From an uncultured Chloroflexia bacterium (GTDB lineage: Bacteria > Chloroflexota > Dehalococcoidia > DSTF01 > JALHUB01), in assembly GCA_963726245.1 (NCBI GenBank), contig CAVSBT010000026.1:1-38969 (forward strand): a stretch of 38,969 bases of DNA, read 5' to 3'. This document shows positions 9,972 through 22,519 of the stretch, in pieces. The position numbers and the translations under genes were made by a program. Below the pieces are notes generated by a model. That model saw only the letters and a list, made by a program, of their open reading frames with translations. It was not told the DNA's origin and did no database searches. Every line of letters begins with the position of its first letter. Within the stretch, counting starts at the first letter, position 1.

Positions 9972-10366
9972 ATGAGGCTCTGGCCTATGCGGCGAGGCTC
10001 CACGCCACTGGGCGACGGCATCCTCATGCTGGGCCTGCTGGAGGCCGCCGATGCCCTGGGCGAGGAGCGCTACGACCTGGGCGCCCGCATGGCTGGACGC
10101 GTCGCCGAGGGCGTGAACCTGGCCGAGGGCGCTCCTGGGACTGGTTGGCGCCCTGCCCCTGCCCGCCCTGGCCCTCTACCGGCGCACGCGGGAAGAGCAG
10201 TACCTGGCCCTCGCCACAGGTCTGCGAGCACATCGCCACCGAGGCCCGTCGCACCGCCGACGGCGCCGTCGTCATCCAGCCGGCCGACAGCAGCTCGTGG
10301 ACAGCAGAAGTCCCCGCCGGTACAGAGAGGCGTCAAGATCGAAAGTATGCAAGGGCGCATGCCTGA
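9972..10366 (+). pseudogene. Degenerate N-terminal fragment resembling a GH88/GH105 (alpha/alpha)6 hydrolase
   Basis: Coding-like stretch GDGILMLGLLEAADALGEERY, then ALYRRTREEQYL and CEHIATEARRTADG in shifting frames; it breaks off after about 100 codons. Boundaries approximate. Confidence 0.35.
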
Positions 10367-10946
10367 GAATCGAGATCGCCAGGCAAGACCCGGCAACTGC
10401 CGCCAGTTGGGCACAGAGCCGTCGAGATGCTGCTACAAGCGTCCACCACCAGTTTGCCCACGTCTCGCTGCCGAGCGCTCTCACCAGTCAATTCTCCTCG
10501 ACGACCAGCGCATGGCCGCAGTGCCGAGCGCAGGGGGCAATGTTCGACCGGACTTCAATGCGAGAACCTGCGCCGCATAGTTCGCGAGGGCAGCCATCGG
10601 CGGAACGTTCGCTCGCGGGCGTAGCTTCAGGGCGCCACGGCTCCCATGCGACGGAATGGGATCGAAGGCAGCGAGCGCTGGTGGCTCGCATTCCGGAAGA
10701 TCTGTGTCCAGATCGGCAGGGCGACCCGCCAAGAGATGCGTAGGCCGCGTCGGACGCGATTCGCCAATCACTCGGCGGGGAAACGTCGAAGACGTGACCT
10801 CCACCTATCCCCGCGGCCTCCCCCATCCCCTTCCCCTCAGGTCCTCATCAATCCTGGGCTCCCTGCCAATCATCCCCTCGGAGCCGGTCGACGGCCGGCT
10901 TCGGCGCTTGGTTGACAGCAGCCAAGCCCTTATCATGGATCGATAG

Positions 10947-12077
<1,131 letters not shown>

Positions 12078-12108
12078 CCAGGAGGCTTCGCCGGCGTGTC
12101 GGCGATTG

Positions 12109-14246
12109 CTAGTCGGGCTCGGCCGGCCCTGCGACCAGGATCCGGTTAAGGCCGGACAGGTCTGTCAGCTCCCTTACTTGCCAGTCCGGCCGATCTGCTC
12201 GAAGTTCCGCCCACAGCGTCCTGGCCGGGAGGCCGTCCATGTCCAGCAGCACCACGCAGCGGGCCTCGGCCATCTTGTCTGACGCCGCCCCGGACGATAC
12301 CTCGTCGTAGCTTACCAACGTCGGTCGATCGTCCGTGAGGCCGTAGATACTAAATATGTAGCGCAGGGCGTCGCTGTGGACTTCTGACACTATGACGTTC
12401 CCGGGACCGTTCCCCGCGCATGGGCCCTCCCTGACCGCCCTCACGGCTACTGTCAAGACATGCGTGGCTTCCAGCGCGGGGGGAATCGACTCCAGAAGCG
12501 GTGTACGTTGAGAGCGAATACCAGAGGCACCAGCACCACCAGAGCCAGGCCGGTCGCGACCGGCCTCAACCTGATCGACGGCGTCAAGTCTTCCACGGTG
12601 ATCAGGATCCGGTCAACGGCGATGCCGGCGAAGGCCGCCATCGCCGAGAAGGACAATGTGCAGCCGGTAAACGCCACCCTGTCGTAGGGTGTAGAACAGC
12701 CCTGTCGCTGTCAGCGCCACGGCGAACCAGATGATGAGAAAGCGATGACGGGCCGCTGCCGATCCTGGAGAGGCACGTAGGAAAGCCCCAACACCGCGAG
12801 CACCGCCGAAGCCGCGTCCATCAGCGAGCCGGCCACATAGTGGCCTACGTCCGGATTGTAATTGAAGGCGAACAGCGCCCGGGGCAGGTTCTCCAGAAGC
12901 TGCTTCCCGAGGGGGTCCACGGACTCCCTGGCGGAGCTGATTCAGCATCATTCCATCACCTCGATCTTGTCGACTGCGAAGATGGGCAGGACGAGCCACC
13001 ACGAAGCCGATGGCGATGGGCACTAGAGAAGGCCGGTCGCCACCATCGGTAGCCCATCGTGAGAACGAACAGCGCTAGTATCACAATGCCGGCTCTGGCG
13101 GAGCCAAACGTTGTAGAATCCCAGACCGGCTGACGGCACCGGCAGCAAAGAGCGCCGTGAGCGCTGGCAAAGCGCCAGCCGATGAAGAAGAGGGAGAAGG
13201 CTGCCGACCACCGGGAAAAGCGCAAAGATGTGGTCATAGCCGGTGTGTGCATACGCGAAGAGGTAGTGAGAGGCGGCAGAGAAACACCGTGGCGAAGACG
13301 GCGGGTCGGGCGCCGAAGGCAAGGCGCATGAGAACATAGAAGGCCGGGATCGCCGCCACAATGGCCAGAAGAGAGGCCATCTTCCAGCCGAAGTAGTTGA
13401 CCCCGAAGACCTTCATCACCATCGCCTGGTAGGCCGAGGTCGCCACCGGACGGTCGCCATACGGCTCCCGCCTGGCTGAAGAGGTTCCAGGTCTTGCCGT
13501 CGATCGATCTCGCGCGCTACGTTGAAGAAGGCTCCCTCATCGCCTATGAACGCATAGCGCCAGCCGTCCAAGTCGCGGACGTTGAGGGCGAAGAACGCCC
13601 CGCACAAGGCTGCCACCAGCAGCGGTTCCCACCAGTGGAAGCGAAACCTGATTCGCAGGCCCGCTGAGAGGTCCAGCCGGGCAAAAGGCGCCAACAACCC
13701 AATCAGAGACAGCCCGAAGAGGAGCGGATAGCTCTCCCCATAGCCGCCCGACCAGAGCCTGGCGACCACATAGCTCCAAAGGGTCGCGCCACCCAGGAAC
13801 AAGCCTAGTGACAGCTTGCCCCACCTTCCCTGCCAGAGCGCCGCTAGGTTGAAAACCGGCCAGCCGCTCCGGTGCCTCGCTGTCGCGCCCCGCGCGCGTG
13901 CTCGCCACAAAGAGCAGGCACGCACCAACGAAGAGCCCGAAAGCTAGAAGCACCGATTGCGGGCGGCCGTAGATGCGGACGAGCTCATCGTCAAGCCGCG
14001 AAAATGGCGACATGAACCCCGGGAGAGGTCGACCAATGGTGTACTGAGCATAGCCGGCCAGGGCCAGCGCGGAAGCGAGGCCGAAGATCAGTGCCGCCCT
14101 AGCGCAACACGGTGTGATCTCCTCCGAGCCGGAGATCGACCAGGGGCGGGCGATCGGGCACGGGTTTCGCGGGCGCAGGCCCCAACTTCGCCAGCCCTAA
14201 TGAGCTGGGTGAGCCTGTCGCGGATACGTTCGTACTTACCCGACAT
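12109..14246 (-). CDS. GT-C fold (ArnT/PMT_2-like) glycosyltransferase A (many frameshifts)
   Basis: Consecutive hydrophobic ORF pieces (13537..14013, 13416..13928, 13234..13446, 12711..12920, 12453..12677, 12109..12456) containing YAFIGDEGAFF and VFGVNYFGWKMAS...AFGARPAVFA. The start at ATG 14246 is inferred. Confidence 0.7.
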
Positions 14247-14251
14247 GCGCG

Positions 14252-15311
14252 CTACTCCGAACGGTTCCCCGGCCCTCCGGCCAGACTCGCCAGCCGTGGC
14301 CACGGGCGCCTCGGTCGGCGTGCGGCCAACGATCCAGAGACGCACCTGCTGCCAGGTGCTTCGTCGGTGCCAGAGATAGACCGCCGCGATGATCAAGGGC
14401 GCCAGGTACATGAAGGCATGCTGCACCAGGGCGTAGCTGGCGGCCTCGCCCTTGCTTACATCGAAGACGTTCTCCAACCCCTTGATGGCCACGAGCTCAA
14501 AAGTGCCGATGTAACCCGGCGATGCGGGCACCAGCATCGCCAGCGAAGTGGTGGCGACGACGAAGGCCGCTGCCTCAAAGCCAGCTCCCAAACCGAAGGC
14601 CTGCTGCACGATGAACATCATCAGCATCGAGCAGAACCAGGAGACGAAAGACCAGCCCACGCCTTGGGCCAGGACAGCCGGCTTGCTGAGGACGCCGAAG
14701 CCCTCCATGACCGACTCCGCCGCTTCGTGCAGGCGCGCGTGATAGCGCGCCGGAAACAGGCGCGCGCAGTAATCCGCCATGCCTATGGCCCAGCGCCTTG
14801 CCATCGACAGCGTGACCAGGAGCGCGGCCAGGACCAGGAAGCCAATCCCGGCGATTAGGGCAGAAGTGGCGGCCCAGGCCGGCATGTCGACGAAGGGAAG
14901 AAGCAGCACGAGCATCAGGACCACTGTCAGCACGTCCAGCACCCTCTCAACCACGATGGTGGAGAGAGCGTGGGCGGCGCTAACCCCTCCGGCCTCGCCG
15001 ATCAGGTAGGCACGGACGAACTCCCCCACGCGGAGGGGCAGCAGGTTGTTCACCGAGTAGCCGACGTTCATGGTGCCCAGGAGATCGCCTGTGCGCAGGT
15101 CGGTGCGCGGGTGGAACAGCACGCCCCAACGGATGGCCCTGAAGTAGAGGCTGAAGAACATCGCGACTGCGGCCGGCAGGAGAAGAAGATAGTTGGCATC
15201 GCGGAGGGCGCTGCCAACCTCCGCCCACTGGAGGCCGCGGAAGGCGAAGAAGAAGGCGGCCAAACTGATCAGGAGCCCTATCCAGAACAGAGGGTTTCTC
15301 AGGAATCGCAT
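14252..15311 (-). CDS. UPF0104/lysylphosphatidylglycerol-synthase TM-domain (flippase-like) membrane protein
   Basis: RAIRWGVL, NNLLPLRVGEFVR, STIVVERVLD, VPASPGYIGTFE. The ORF track runs to 14088; the true stop is probably the TAG near 14252, missed because of an indel. Confidence 0.85.
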
Positions 15312-15504
15312 CGAGTCAATGCCCGAAACAAGGTGCGCTCATTGACAACATGACGTCCCGCTCGCCACCTCCCTGCCGGTGATCCGCTTTGCGGCCACGG
15401 GATATCCTAGGTGATTGTCGGCTGCTGCGCCCGCCATCTAAGCCGCCGCCGAGAGAGGGCCTGAGGCGAGGACCCTGCATCAGGCTGTCCGGACCCACAC
15501 CTCT

Positions 15505-17724
15505 TCATTCCTTGGCTGTAACGCAGTAGAGGTTTGCCTTGTCAGCCAGGTCACCGGGGCCCTCGCAGGTCTCACCCGGCCCGGGAGCGCCCTCTAGGAG
15601 CGCGTACAACGTGAAGGACTTCCCGTCCGAGGCATACCAGTATCCGTACTTGAAAGGGTCCCCGAAGGGGTCCACAAAAGTCTCTTTCCCAAGCTCCGCC
15701 TTGAAACGGCAAAGCACGTCATCTTCTTCGTACACGCACGCCGACTGCAGGTTGCCGCTGGTGCTGGGATAGGACCCGTTCTGCGCCTTGTAGGCGGCCA
15801 GGGCCAAGCCAGACGCGCGAGAGCGGCGCGGCGCTCGGCGTCACGTTCGGCCGCGCCGGGTGGCGGAACGACAGTTGCGGATGGGGTGGGCTGGGCAGGT
15901 GGGCCGGTCGTCGCCGTGGTTCCGCCTGGCACCAGGAGCACATTGGCGATGACGGTCTTGCTGCCATCGGGATAGTAGATATGGTCCAAGGTGGCAGCAG
16001 GGTATTTCGCCCGCAGGAAATCGAACGCCGTCTCGTACTGGGACACGGACTCGATGATGTAGGCGGTGCCGCGGGTAGTTGAAGGCGGGAGTGCCAGCAC
16101 TTCATCGGCGTTGCTAGTGTAGGTGTATCGCCACTGGAAGGGGTCTCCCTTGCCGCTATAGCTCAGGTAAGTAAGGGCATCACGCGGCCAGTTGCCGGCG
16201 ACCAGATGTACCTCGTAGTCGTCGGCTATGGTCTTGACGTATCTGCCAACGCGAGTCGTCTCCGGGTAGAACCCCCACTGAACGCGCCGGTCGGGACCCA
16301 GGTAGCCGTTGAACGTGCTGTATGCTGAGACCGCGAGCACTGCGGCCAGCCCGAGGCTGGAGTACGGCGCGTATCGCGGGAGAGCCTGCTGGAGCCAGCG
16401 CCAGGCCACAACCAGGAACAGCCCGGCGTAGGCGCAGACCGGCAACACCGCGCCCAGACCTCGGTTGCCATTCGGCTCGCTGAGGAAGCCATTGACAAGG
16501 GAGAGGACCAGCATTGCCAGCAGCAGGAAGTGCTCCGGGCGCTTGAGCCGGGTGAGGGAGTAGCCCAGCCCCAGGACGAAGAAGACGGAGACAGGCACAT
16601 CCAGCAAGGGCTCACGTGTGAAGAAGTCGTCGCCATGGGCCCGGAAGTTGAAGATGAGGAGCCCGTCTCCGATGTTCCGCCAGAACGGCTCCCAGCTCCC
16701 TGCCCGCGCGATCTGATCTCCGATCCAGAGGGACCGGCTGCGCCCGATGTAGCTGTCCCAGTTGCCACGGATATACCAGCCGAGGGGGGCGAACGCGACC
16801 AGCGCCGCTACTCCATAGGCAGCGAATCCCCAGAAGTGAGTCCGAATCAGGTTTCGGTTTCGTATCAGCATGTACACGAGAAACACTGCCACGCTGAGAG
16901 GGATGGTCTTGGCCGCATCGTAGGTGTCCAGGCTCAGCCCCACAGCGACGCCGGCCAGCAAGAAGTGCCGAATCTGTCTCGTCTTCAGCGCAAGCAGCAG
17001 AAAGTAGAACGTCAGCGCTTCGAAGAGGGGGATCAGGATGGTGTGCCAGCCTGCCCGGCTGAACGTCATGTGCCAGCCCGAGATGCCGAGGAGCAGGGTG
17101 GCCACCAGCGCAACACGGGTGTCGAACATCCGGCGCATCAGCAGGTAGAACACTACCAGGGTAACGATGCCTATCGAGAGGGAAGCCATCTGGATGGCGA
17201 AGGCGGTGGGGCCGACCAATAGCTGAAAGGCCGCGATGACGTAGTGGAACATCGTCTCGTGGCCCACGGCTCCACAGCAGCTCACAAAGGGGGCGTAGTG
17301 GATGCCCTGAGTAATGCGGATAGCATAAAGGCCGTTCCAGGCAGCATCATGGTTCAAGCCGGGAGGGATGGCGCCGATCCTGTAGAAGCGAAAGAAGACA
17401 CCTACTCCAAGAGCCACCGCCAGGAGCGCAATCTCGGTCCGGCGCGGGAGAGTGAGACTCCTCAGGCCGATCGGCGGCCTCCTCCGACATGCCGCCGTCG
17501 AAGAGAGCGCCTCGCGCCTGCCAGAGGCCGTAGAGGAAGAAGGCGGCAGCGAACGCCCAGAAGACGAGGCCGGTACCTAGATCGACCTGGTTCACCAGGT
17601 ACCACTGCGCGCGAAGCCCCAGCGCAACGGCGATGACCACAGCGGCTATGATCTGGATTCGCCGGGGGATGGGCCACCAGCGGACGTTTTGAAGGGGCAG
17701 CGTCGGTATCTTGATCGCTCTCAC
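15505..17724 (-). CDS. GT-C glycosyltransferase B with a Pro/Thr linker and C-terminal pilin-head-like domain (frameshifts near 17430 and 15810)
   Basis: Joins 17347..17724, 15594..17417 (PPGLNHDAAWNG, GWHMTFSR, many TM helices) and 15505..15807 (ALAAYKAQNGSYPST...DP...GYWYASDG). Confidence 0.8.
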
Positions 17725-17986
17725 GTCACGTCAAACCAGGGAAGGGTGACTGAAGCCTCCAGCACGCAAGATACCGGCACGCCTTGCTGCGTCCAGGTCG
17801 TTGCCGGCCCCTCGTTTCACGTTTCACGGGTCACTAGCATTCTACGTTCCCACTCTTGTAAAGTATAGGCCGCAGTCGCATACCCCCCTCATCCTCTACG
17901 ATGAGGGCTTGCGGGCGGTTCAGTGCCTCGAGTGAGCCTTCCCAGCCGGCCGATATTCTCTTCGGAAGATCGCGAGTAGCCGAAGT

Positions 17987-20761
17987 ATGTCCGCACTTCG
18001 CCAAAACCTGACAACGGCGCTGGCATGGCTGCGGCCTCGTGCCCAGAGCGTGGCGGCCCGTGTGGCGTCGGCGCAGGTAGTCATACGTCTGGCCCTGCTG
18101 GCGGCGGCCTTTGGCATAGCCTATCGCGGCCAGCTCGAAGTCGAGGGCGGGCTCAACCTGAGTGGCGGCCTGTTCTACTTCTGCGTCGCGGCGGTCCTGG
18201 TCATGGTCGCGGCCTTTGGTTTCTCCTGGTCGACCGACGCCAACGAAGACGCGACCTCAGAAGGGTCCCAAGAAGGAAAGCTTGCCGAAGCCGTCCGGCC
18301 GCTGTGGAGGCGCCTGATCCCCCAGATCGGCCGGTACTGGCTGCTGTTCCCCGCGCTGGCGCTGGCGATAGCCTTTCGAGTGTACCGACTGAATACATTC
18401 CCCTTTGGCATCTTCTTCGACGAAGCCCAGAACGGCCTGGTGGCCAAGCGCATCCTGGACGACTCCAGCTTCCGCCCCGTGTTCATTGCAGGGTACAGCC
18501 AGCTCCCGGCGCTCTTCTTCTACGTCTTTGCCTTGGCCATGCGTCTGTTCGGTGTTGGCATCCACACTCTGCGATCGGTGACGACGGTCTCCGGTCTGCT
18601 AACCATCCCGGGCATGTTCTTCCTGGGCCGCGAGCTGTTCAACCGCCGCGTCGGACTGCTGGCGACGTTCTTGCTGGCCGCGATGCGGTGGCACGTGAAC
18701 TTCAGTCGCATCGCCTTCCACGGCATCTTCGCGCCTATGCTCATGGTGTGGGCCTTCTACTTCCTCATTCGGGGGCTCCGCGGCCGGAGCCGCTGGAACT
18801 TCGTAGTCGCCGGCGTCCTTGTGGGCGTGGGCATGCAGAGCTACTACGCGTTCATGGTCGTTCCCATCGTGCTGCTGCTCTATGTAGGGCACCACGTCCT
18901 CTTTGAAGCCCGCCACCGGCCAGCGGTAGCGATAATGGGGACATTCGCAGTTGGCGTCGTGGCCTTGGCGGTCTACGCGCCAGTGCTCAACTACGCCATC
19001 CACAACGGGGAAGAGTTCAACCGCCGCATCGACACCGTCTCCATCACGAAAGGCAAAAGCCCGTCCCAGGCCCGGGAGCTGGTGCTCGCCAACTCCAAGA
19101 CCTATGCCCTGATGTTCAACGCCGTTGGAGACACGAACCCCCGGCACAACCTCTATCGCGAGCCGATGGTGGACCGGTTCACCGGCATCCTGCTGGTACT
19201 GGGCGTGGCGCTCAGCCTGTCGAAACTTCACCGGTCCAGCTACTTCCTCATGATCGTGTGGATGGTGGCGCTGCTCCAGCCCGGAATCTGGTCGATTGAT
19301 CCCGCTCAAGGCTACCGCACCCTGATGGTCACGCCGGCCGTGGCACTGCTGGCTGCGCTGCCCCTGGCGCTGGCCTGGGAACTCGCCGTCCGCTTCCGGG
19401 GCGGCCCGCATTCAGACGGCCCCCCTTCAGATGACGGAGGACGGGGCAGCGGCAGCCCCGTTCTCAGCCGTCTGCTCGCCTTCGGCCGGTCGCTGTGGCC
19501 ATCGACCGCATTGCGGGCGATCACCTTCCTGGGCATAGGGCTGGTTCTTGGCGTGATAGGTTGGAAGAACTACGACATCTACTTCAACAAGCAGGCGCAC
19601 GACGGCCTGGTCTGGATCCACTTCTCTGCCGGTCCCACGGTCGTCGGAAACGAGATAAAGCGATTGAGGCCGGAGAACTATCAGTTCTTCGTCTCCACCA
19701 CGTTTGTCAACGAGCCCACGCGGATCTTCCTCGACGGCCCGGATACGACCGATATCGCCTCCTTCGACGTAGCCAGGCAGATCCCGGTGCACGGTACACG
19801 CCCCACGGACGTGTTCCTCGACACCCTGGAGCGACAACATTTCTTGCGCCTGAAGACTCTGTACCCCAACGGAGACTTCACAGAGCACCGACCGCCCGGC
19901 AGCGCGGACCCCGCCGCTGGGGACGTCGTCACCTACGAGGCCATCCTCGACACCGACGATGTCCGATCGCTGATGGGCATTAACGCCGTCTATACAGGCG
20001 CCGATGGGCAGCGCCTGGAGAGCCAGGAGGGCCAGATCGACGCCGATTGGACCGCGGGCACTCCCCTGGCGCTGCCCTTCAACGCCACCTGGTCCGGCTT
20101 CATCACCATGCGCGACTACGGCGAGTATCTCCTGGGCTTGCGTATCCCCGGCCATGCCCGCATCCTGCTCGATGGCGAGCTCTTCGCCGAGGGAGACGGC
20201 ATTGTAGAGAGTCGGGCTGTCCTGTTCCAGGGACCGCACCAGATCGACATCGAGGCCGATGTCGGCGAGGAAGGACGAGTGCAGCTCTACTGGCAACGGC
20301 CCGCCATGGCGTCGCCGGAGCCCGTATCGGGGGACGATCTCTTCTCTTCGCCGCTGGTCTACTCGGGACTGCGGGCATCCTACTACAATGGCACGAGTTT
20401 CCTGGGGTCACCGGTGCTGGAGCGCCTGGACCCCTTCATCGCGTTCCGCTACGGAGGCGACCTGCCGGTGAGTGGGCCCTTCGGCGTGAGCTGGAAGGGA
20501 AAGCTGCTGGCGCCGACCTCCGGCTCCTACGGCATCCGCCTTTCCACCATCGGTGACGGCAGGCTGATGATCGATGGCCAGCAGATCCTGACCTCAGCAC
20601 AGCAGGTAACCGGCACCGGGAAGGTCTCCCTGGAGGCCGGCCCCCACGATATCCAGGTCATCTTCACCAACAGCATCGGCAGTGCCCAGATCTTCCTCTC
20701 CTGGCAGCCGCCGGACGGCGACTGGGTCGACATCCCGACCCAGTACTTCAGCCTCCGCTGA
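17987..20761 (+). CDS. GT-C glycosyltransferase C with two C-terminal PA14-like domains
   Basis: Intact 924-aa ORF; PFGIFFDEAQNG, WHVNFSRIAF; C-terminal FNATWSGFI...VQLYWQ and GLRASYYNG...FGVSWKGKLLAP...LEAGPHDIQV...LSWQPP. Confidence 0.88.
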   Translation: MSALRQNLTTALAWLRPRAQSVAARVASAQVVIRLALLAAAFGIAYRGQLEVEGGLNLSGGLFYFCVAAVLVMVAAFGFSWSTDANEDATSEGSQEGKLAEAVRPLWRRLIPQIGRYWLLFPALALAIAFRVYRLNTFPFGIFFDEAQNGLVAKRILDDSSFRPVFIAGYSQLPALFFYVFALAMRLFGVGIHTLRSVTTVSGLLTIPGMFFLGRELFNRRVGLLATFLLAAMRWHVNFSRIAFHGIFAPMLMVWAFYFLIRGLRGRSRWNFVVAGVLVGVGMQSYYAFMVVPIVLLLYVGHHVLFEARHRPAVAIMGTFAVGVVALAVYAPVLNYAIHNGEEFNRRIDTVSITKGKSPSQARELVLANSKTYALMFNAVGDTNPRHNLYREPMVDRFTGILLVLGVALSLSKLHRSSYFLMIVWMVALLQPGIWSIDPAQGYRTLMVTPAVALLAALPLALAWELAVRFRGGPHSDGPPSDDGGRGSGSPVLSRLLAFGRSLWPSTALRAITFLGIGLVLGVIGWKNYDIYFNKQAHDGLVWIHFSAGPTVVGNEIKRLRPENYQFFVSTTFVNEPTRIFLDGPDTTDIASFDVARQIPVHGTRPTDVFLDTLERQHFLRLKTLYPNGDFTEHRPPGSADPAAGDVVTYEAILDTDDVRSLMGINAVYTGADGQRLESQEGQIDADWTAGTPLALPFNATWSGFITMRDYGEYLLGLRIPGHARILLDGELFAEGDGIVESRAVLFQGPHQIDIEADVGEEGRVQLYWQRPAMASPEPVSGDDLFSSPLVYSGLRASYYNGTSFLGSPVLERLDPFIAFRYGGDLPVSGPFGVSWKGKLLAPTSGSYGIRLSTIGDGRLMIDGQQILTSAQQVTGTGKVSLEAGPHDIQVIFTNSIGSAQIFLSWQPPDGDWVDIPTQYFSLR

Positions 20762-20769
20762 AACTCGCC

Positions 20770-21504
20770 GTGAGCAGCCAATTCGACCAGCTCTTCGCCG
20801 ACAGCACCTATCTCGAGCTGAAGAACCGCCTGTTCAGTTACCAGTTGCGGAGGCGGCTACTGGCCAACATCTTGCGCGACCGGCCTGCACAGATCCTGCT
20901 GGACCTGGGGTCCGGCATCTCTCCTATCGTGCCACCCTCGCTGTCCACGGTGTACGGGGACATCTCCCCCGCCGCCATGCGCTTTCTCAGCCGACGCGTC
21001 CCGGGGCATTTCGTGGCGCTGGATCTAAGCCGGCTCCCATTCCGTGCCGAGTCGGTGCCGGCGGTGGTCTGTTCCGAGGTGCTGGAGCACGTCGAGAAGG
21101 ACCGCGAGGCCCTGCAGGACATCTATCGCGTCCTCCAGCCCGGCGGTCAGCTCACCATCACGGTGCCGCTCCACCCCTACTACTACACCTTCGACGACCG
21201 CTATGTCGGCCACTTCCGCCGCTACCGCCTGGCGGCGCTTACAGACACGCTGAAGGCGATCGGCTTCCGCCAGCTCGAGATTCGCAAGGCGGCGGGCGTG
21301 CTGGAGAAGGTGGCGACGTACCTGATGGTCCGCCTCTTCGCCTCCATGGAGCGTCGCGGACAGCCGTCCCGAGGGCGTCGCTGGTGGTTCGCGCCCTACA
21401 ACGTCTTCAATGATCTCTGGTCCCACGTCTGCGCCTGGGAGGCCCGCGTCACGCCCATGCCCCTGGTCACCATCATCTGCATCTGCTGCCGGAAACTCCC
21501 CTAA
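20770..21504 (+). CDS. Class I SAM-dependent methyltransferase (Methyltransf_11-like)
   Basis: LLDLGSG, LPFRAES, VCSEVLEHV, RVLQPGG, DRYVGHFRRY. Confidence 0.88.
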   Translation: MSSQFDQLFADSTYLELKNRLFSYQLRRRLLANILRDRPAQILLDLGSGISPIVPPSLSTVYGDISPAAMRFLSRRVPGHFVALDLSRLPFRAESVPAVVCSEVLEHVEKDREALQDIYRVLQPGGQLTITVPLHPYYYTFDDRYVGHFRRYRLAALTDTLKAIGFRQLEIRKAAGVLEKVATYLMVRLFASMERRGQPSRGRRWWFAPYNVFNDLWSHVCAWEARVTPMPLVTIICICCRKLP

Positions 21505-21590
21505 CCGTCTGCACAGCGTGGCCCGGCCAGGCCCCCACGAGCGGGGCCGGCTCACGTTGATCCGTATCCTCGTGCTGCGGGGTGTGCTAC

Positions 21591-22367
21591 CTAACCGGCG
21601 GCGTCGATCTCCTTGAGGCGCGCGCCGATCTGCTCCTTCAGAGCCGCACGCCGGCGCCAGATGACGATTAGGCACACTATCGTCTGAAGGACATACTTGA
21701 GTGACTGATAGATGCTGGCAGAAGAGGAGTCAGTCGCGTATCGGGTCGGGATCGGCACCTCGCGGATCCGGAACTGTCGGCAGGTAACGGCGGTGACAAG
21801 CATCTGGCTATCGAAGACGAACCGATCGGAGAATTCATGGTAGGGGAGGGCCTCCAGGAAGCGGCGGTTATAGGCCTTGAACCCGCTGTGCATCTCGGTG
21901 AACTTCGTGCGCAGGACCAGGTTCTCTATGAAGGTAGTGACGCGGTTGCCGACCCAGCGGTAGAGCGGCATGCCTCCCGTCATGGGATCCCGCCAGCGGC
22001 GCCGGAAGCGCGACCCAAAGGTGAAATCGACCTCACCCGAGACGATGGGCGCCACTAGGTCCGTCACCATCTTGGGGTCGTACTGGTAGTCAGGGTGGAG
22101 GAGCACGACCACGTCGGCGCCACGGGCCAGAGCAGTGTCGTAGCAGGTCTTCTGGTTGCCACCGTAACCCCGGTTCTCCTGGTGCACGATGGTGTGAATG
22201 CCGAGACTTCGCGAGATCTCGGCCGTGTTGTCGGGGCTGGCGTCGTCCACCAGGATGATGTCAGCGATGGACTCCCGCGGCAGGTCGTGGAGAGTCTTCT
22301 CCAGTGTGAGGGCCGCCTTGTAGGCGGGCATGGTAACGATGACCTTCTTGTCGCCGGGCAAGGGCAT
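21591..22367 (-). CDS. GT2 glycosyltransferase, polyprenol-phosphate sugar synthase (DPM1-like)
   Basis: MPAY, ILVDDASPD, NRGYGGNQK, LLHPDYQYDP, FGSRF, HSGFKAY, EVPIPTRY. Confidence 0.9.
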   Translation of the reverse strand: MPLPGDKKVIVTMPAYKAALTLEKTLHDLPRESIADIILVDDASPDNTAEISRSLGIHTIVHQENRGYGGNQKTCYDTALARGADVVVLLHPDYQYDPKMVTDLVAPIVSGEVDFTFGSRFRRRWRDPMTGGMPLYRWVGNRVTTFIENLVLRTKFTEMHSGFKAYNRRFLEALPYHEFSDRFVFDSQMLVTAVTCRQFRIREVPIPTRYATDSSSASIYQSLKYVLQTIVCLIVIWRRRAALKEQIGARLKEIDAAG

Positions 22368-22519
22368 CCCCCTTCGCAATCAGACCCTAGCCTAACACGC
22401 GGAATCGGTGGCAAGCCACCCGTGACTCCTAAATCCAAACGACGTGGCCCGCCCTGCATAACGCCCCGTGGGCATCGTTCCTGGCCGCGCTACAGGATCA
22501 TGGTACAATGCCCGCCAGA

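Noticed and set aside
14088-14251. C-terminal extension of the UPF0104 ORF
   Set aside because: Probably read-through into the start of the next GT-C gene (ATG 14246) caused by an indel.
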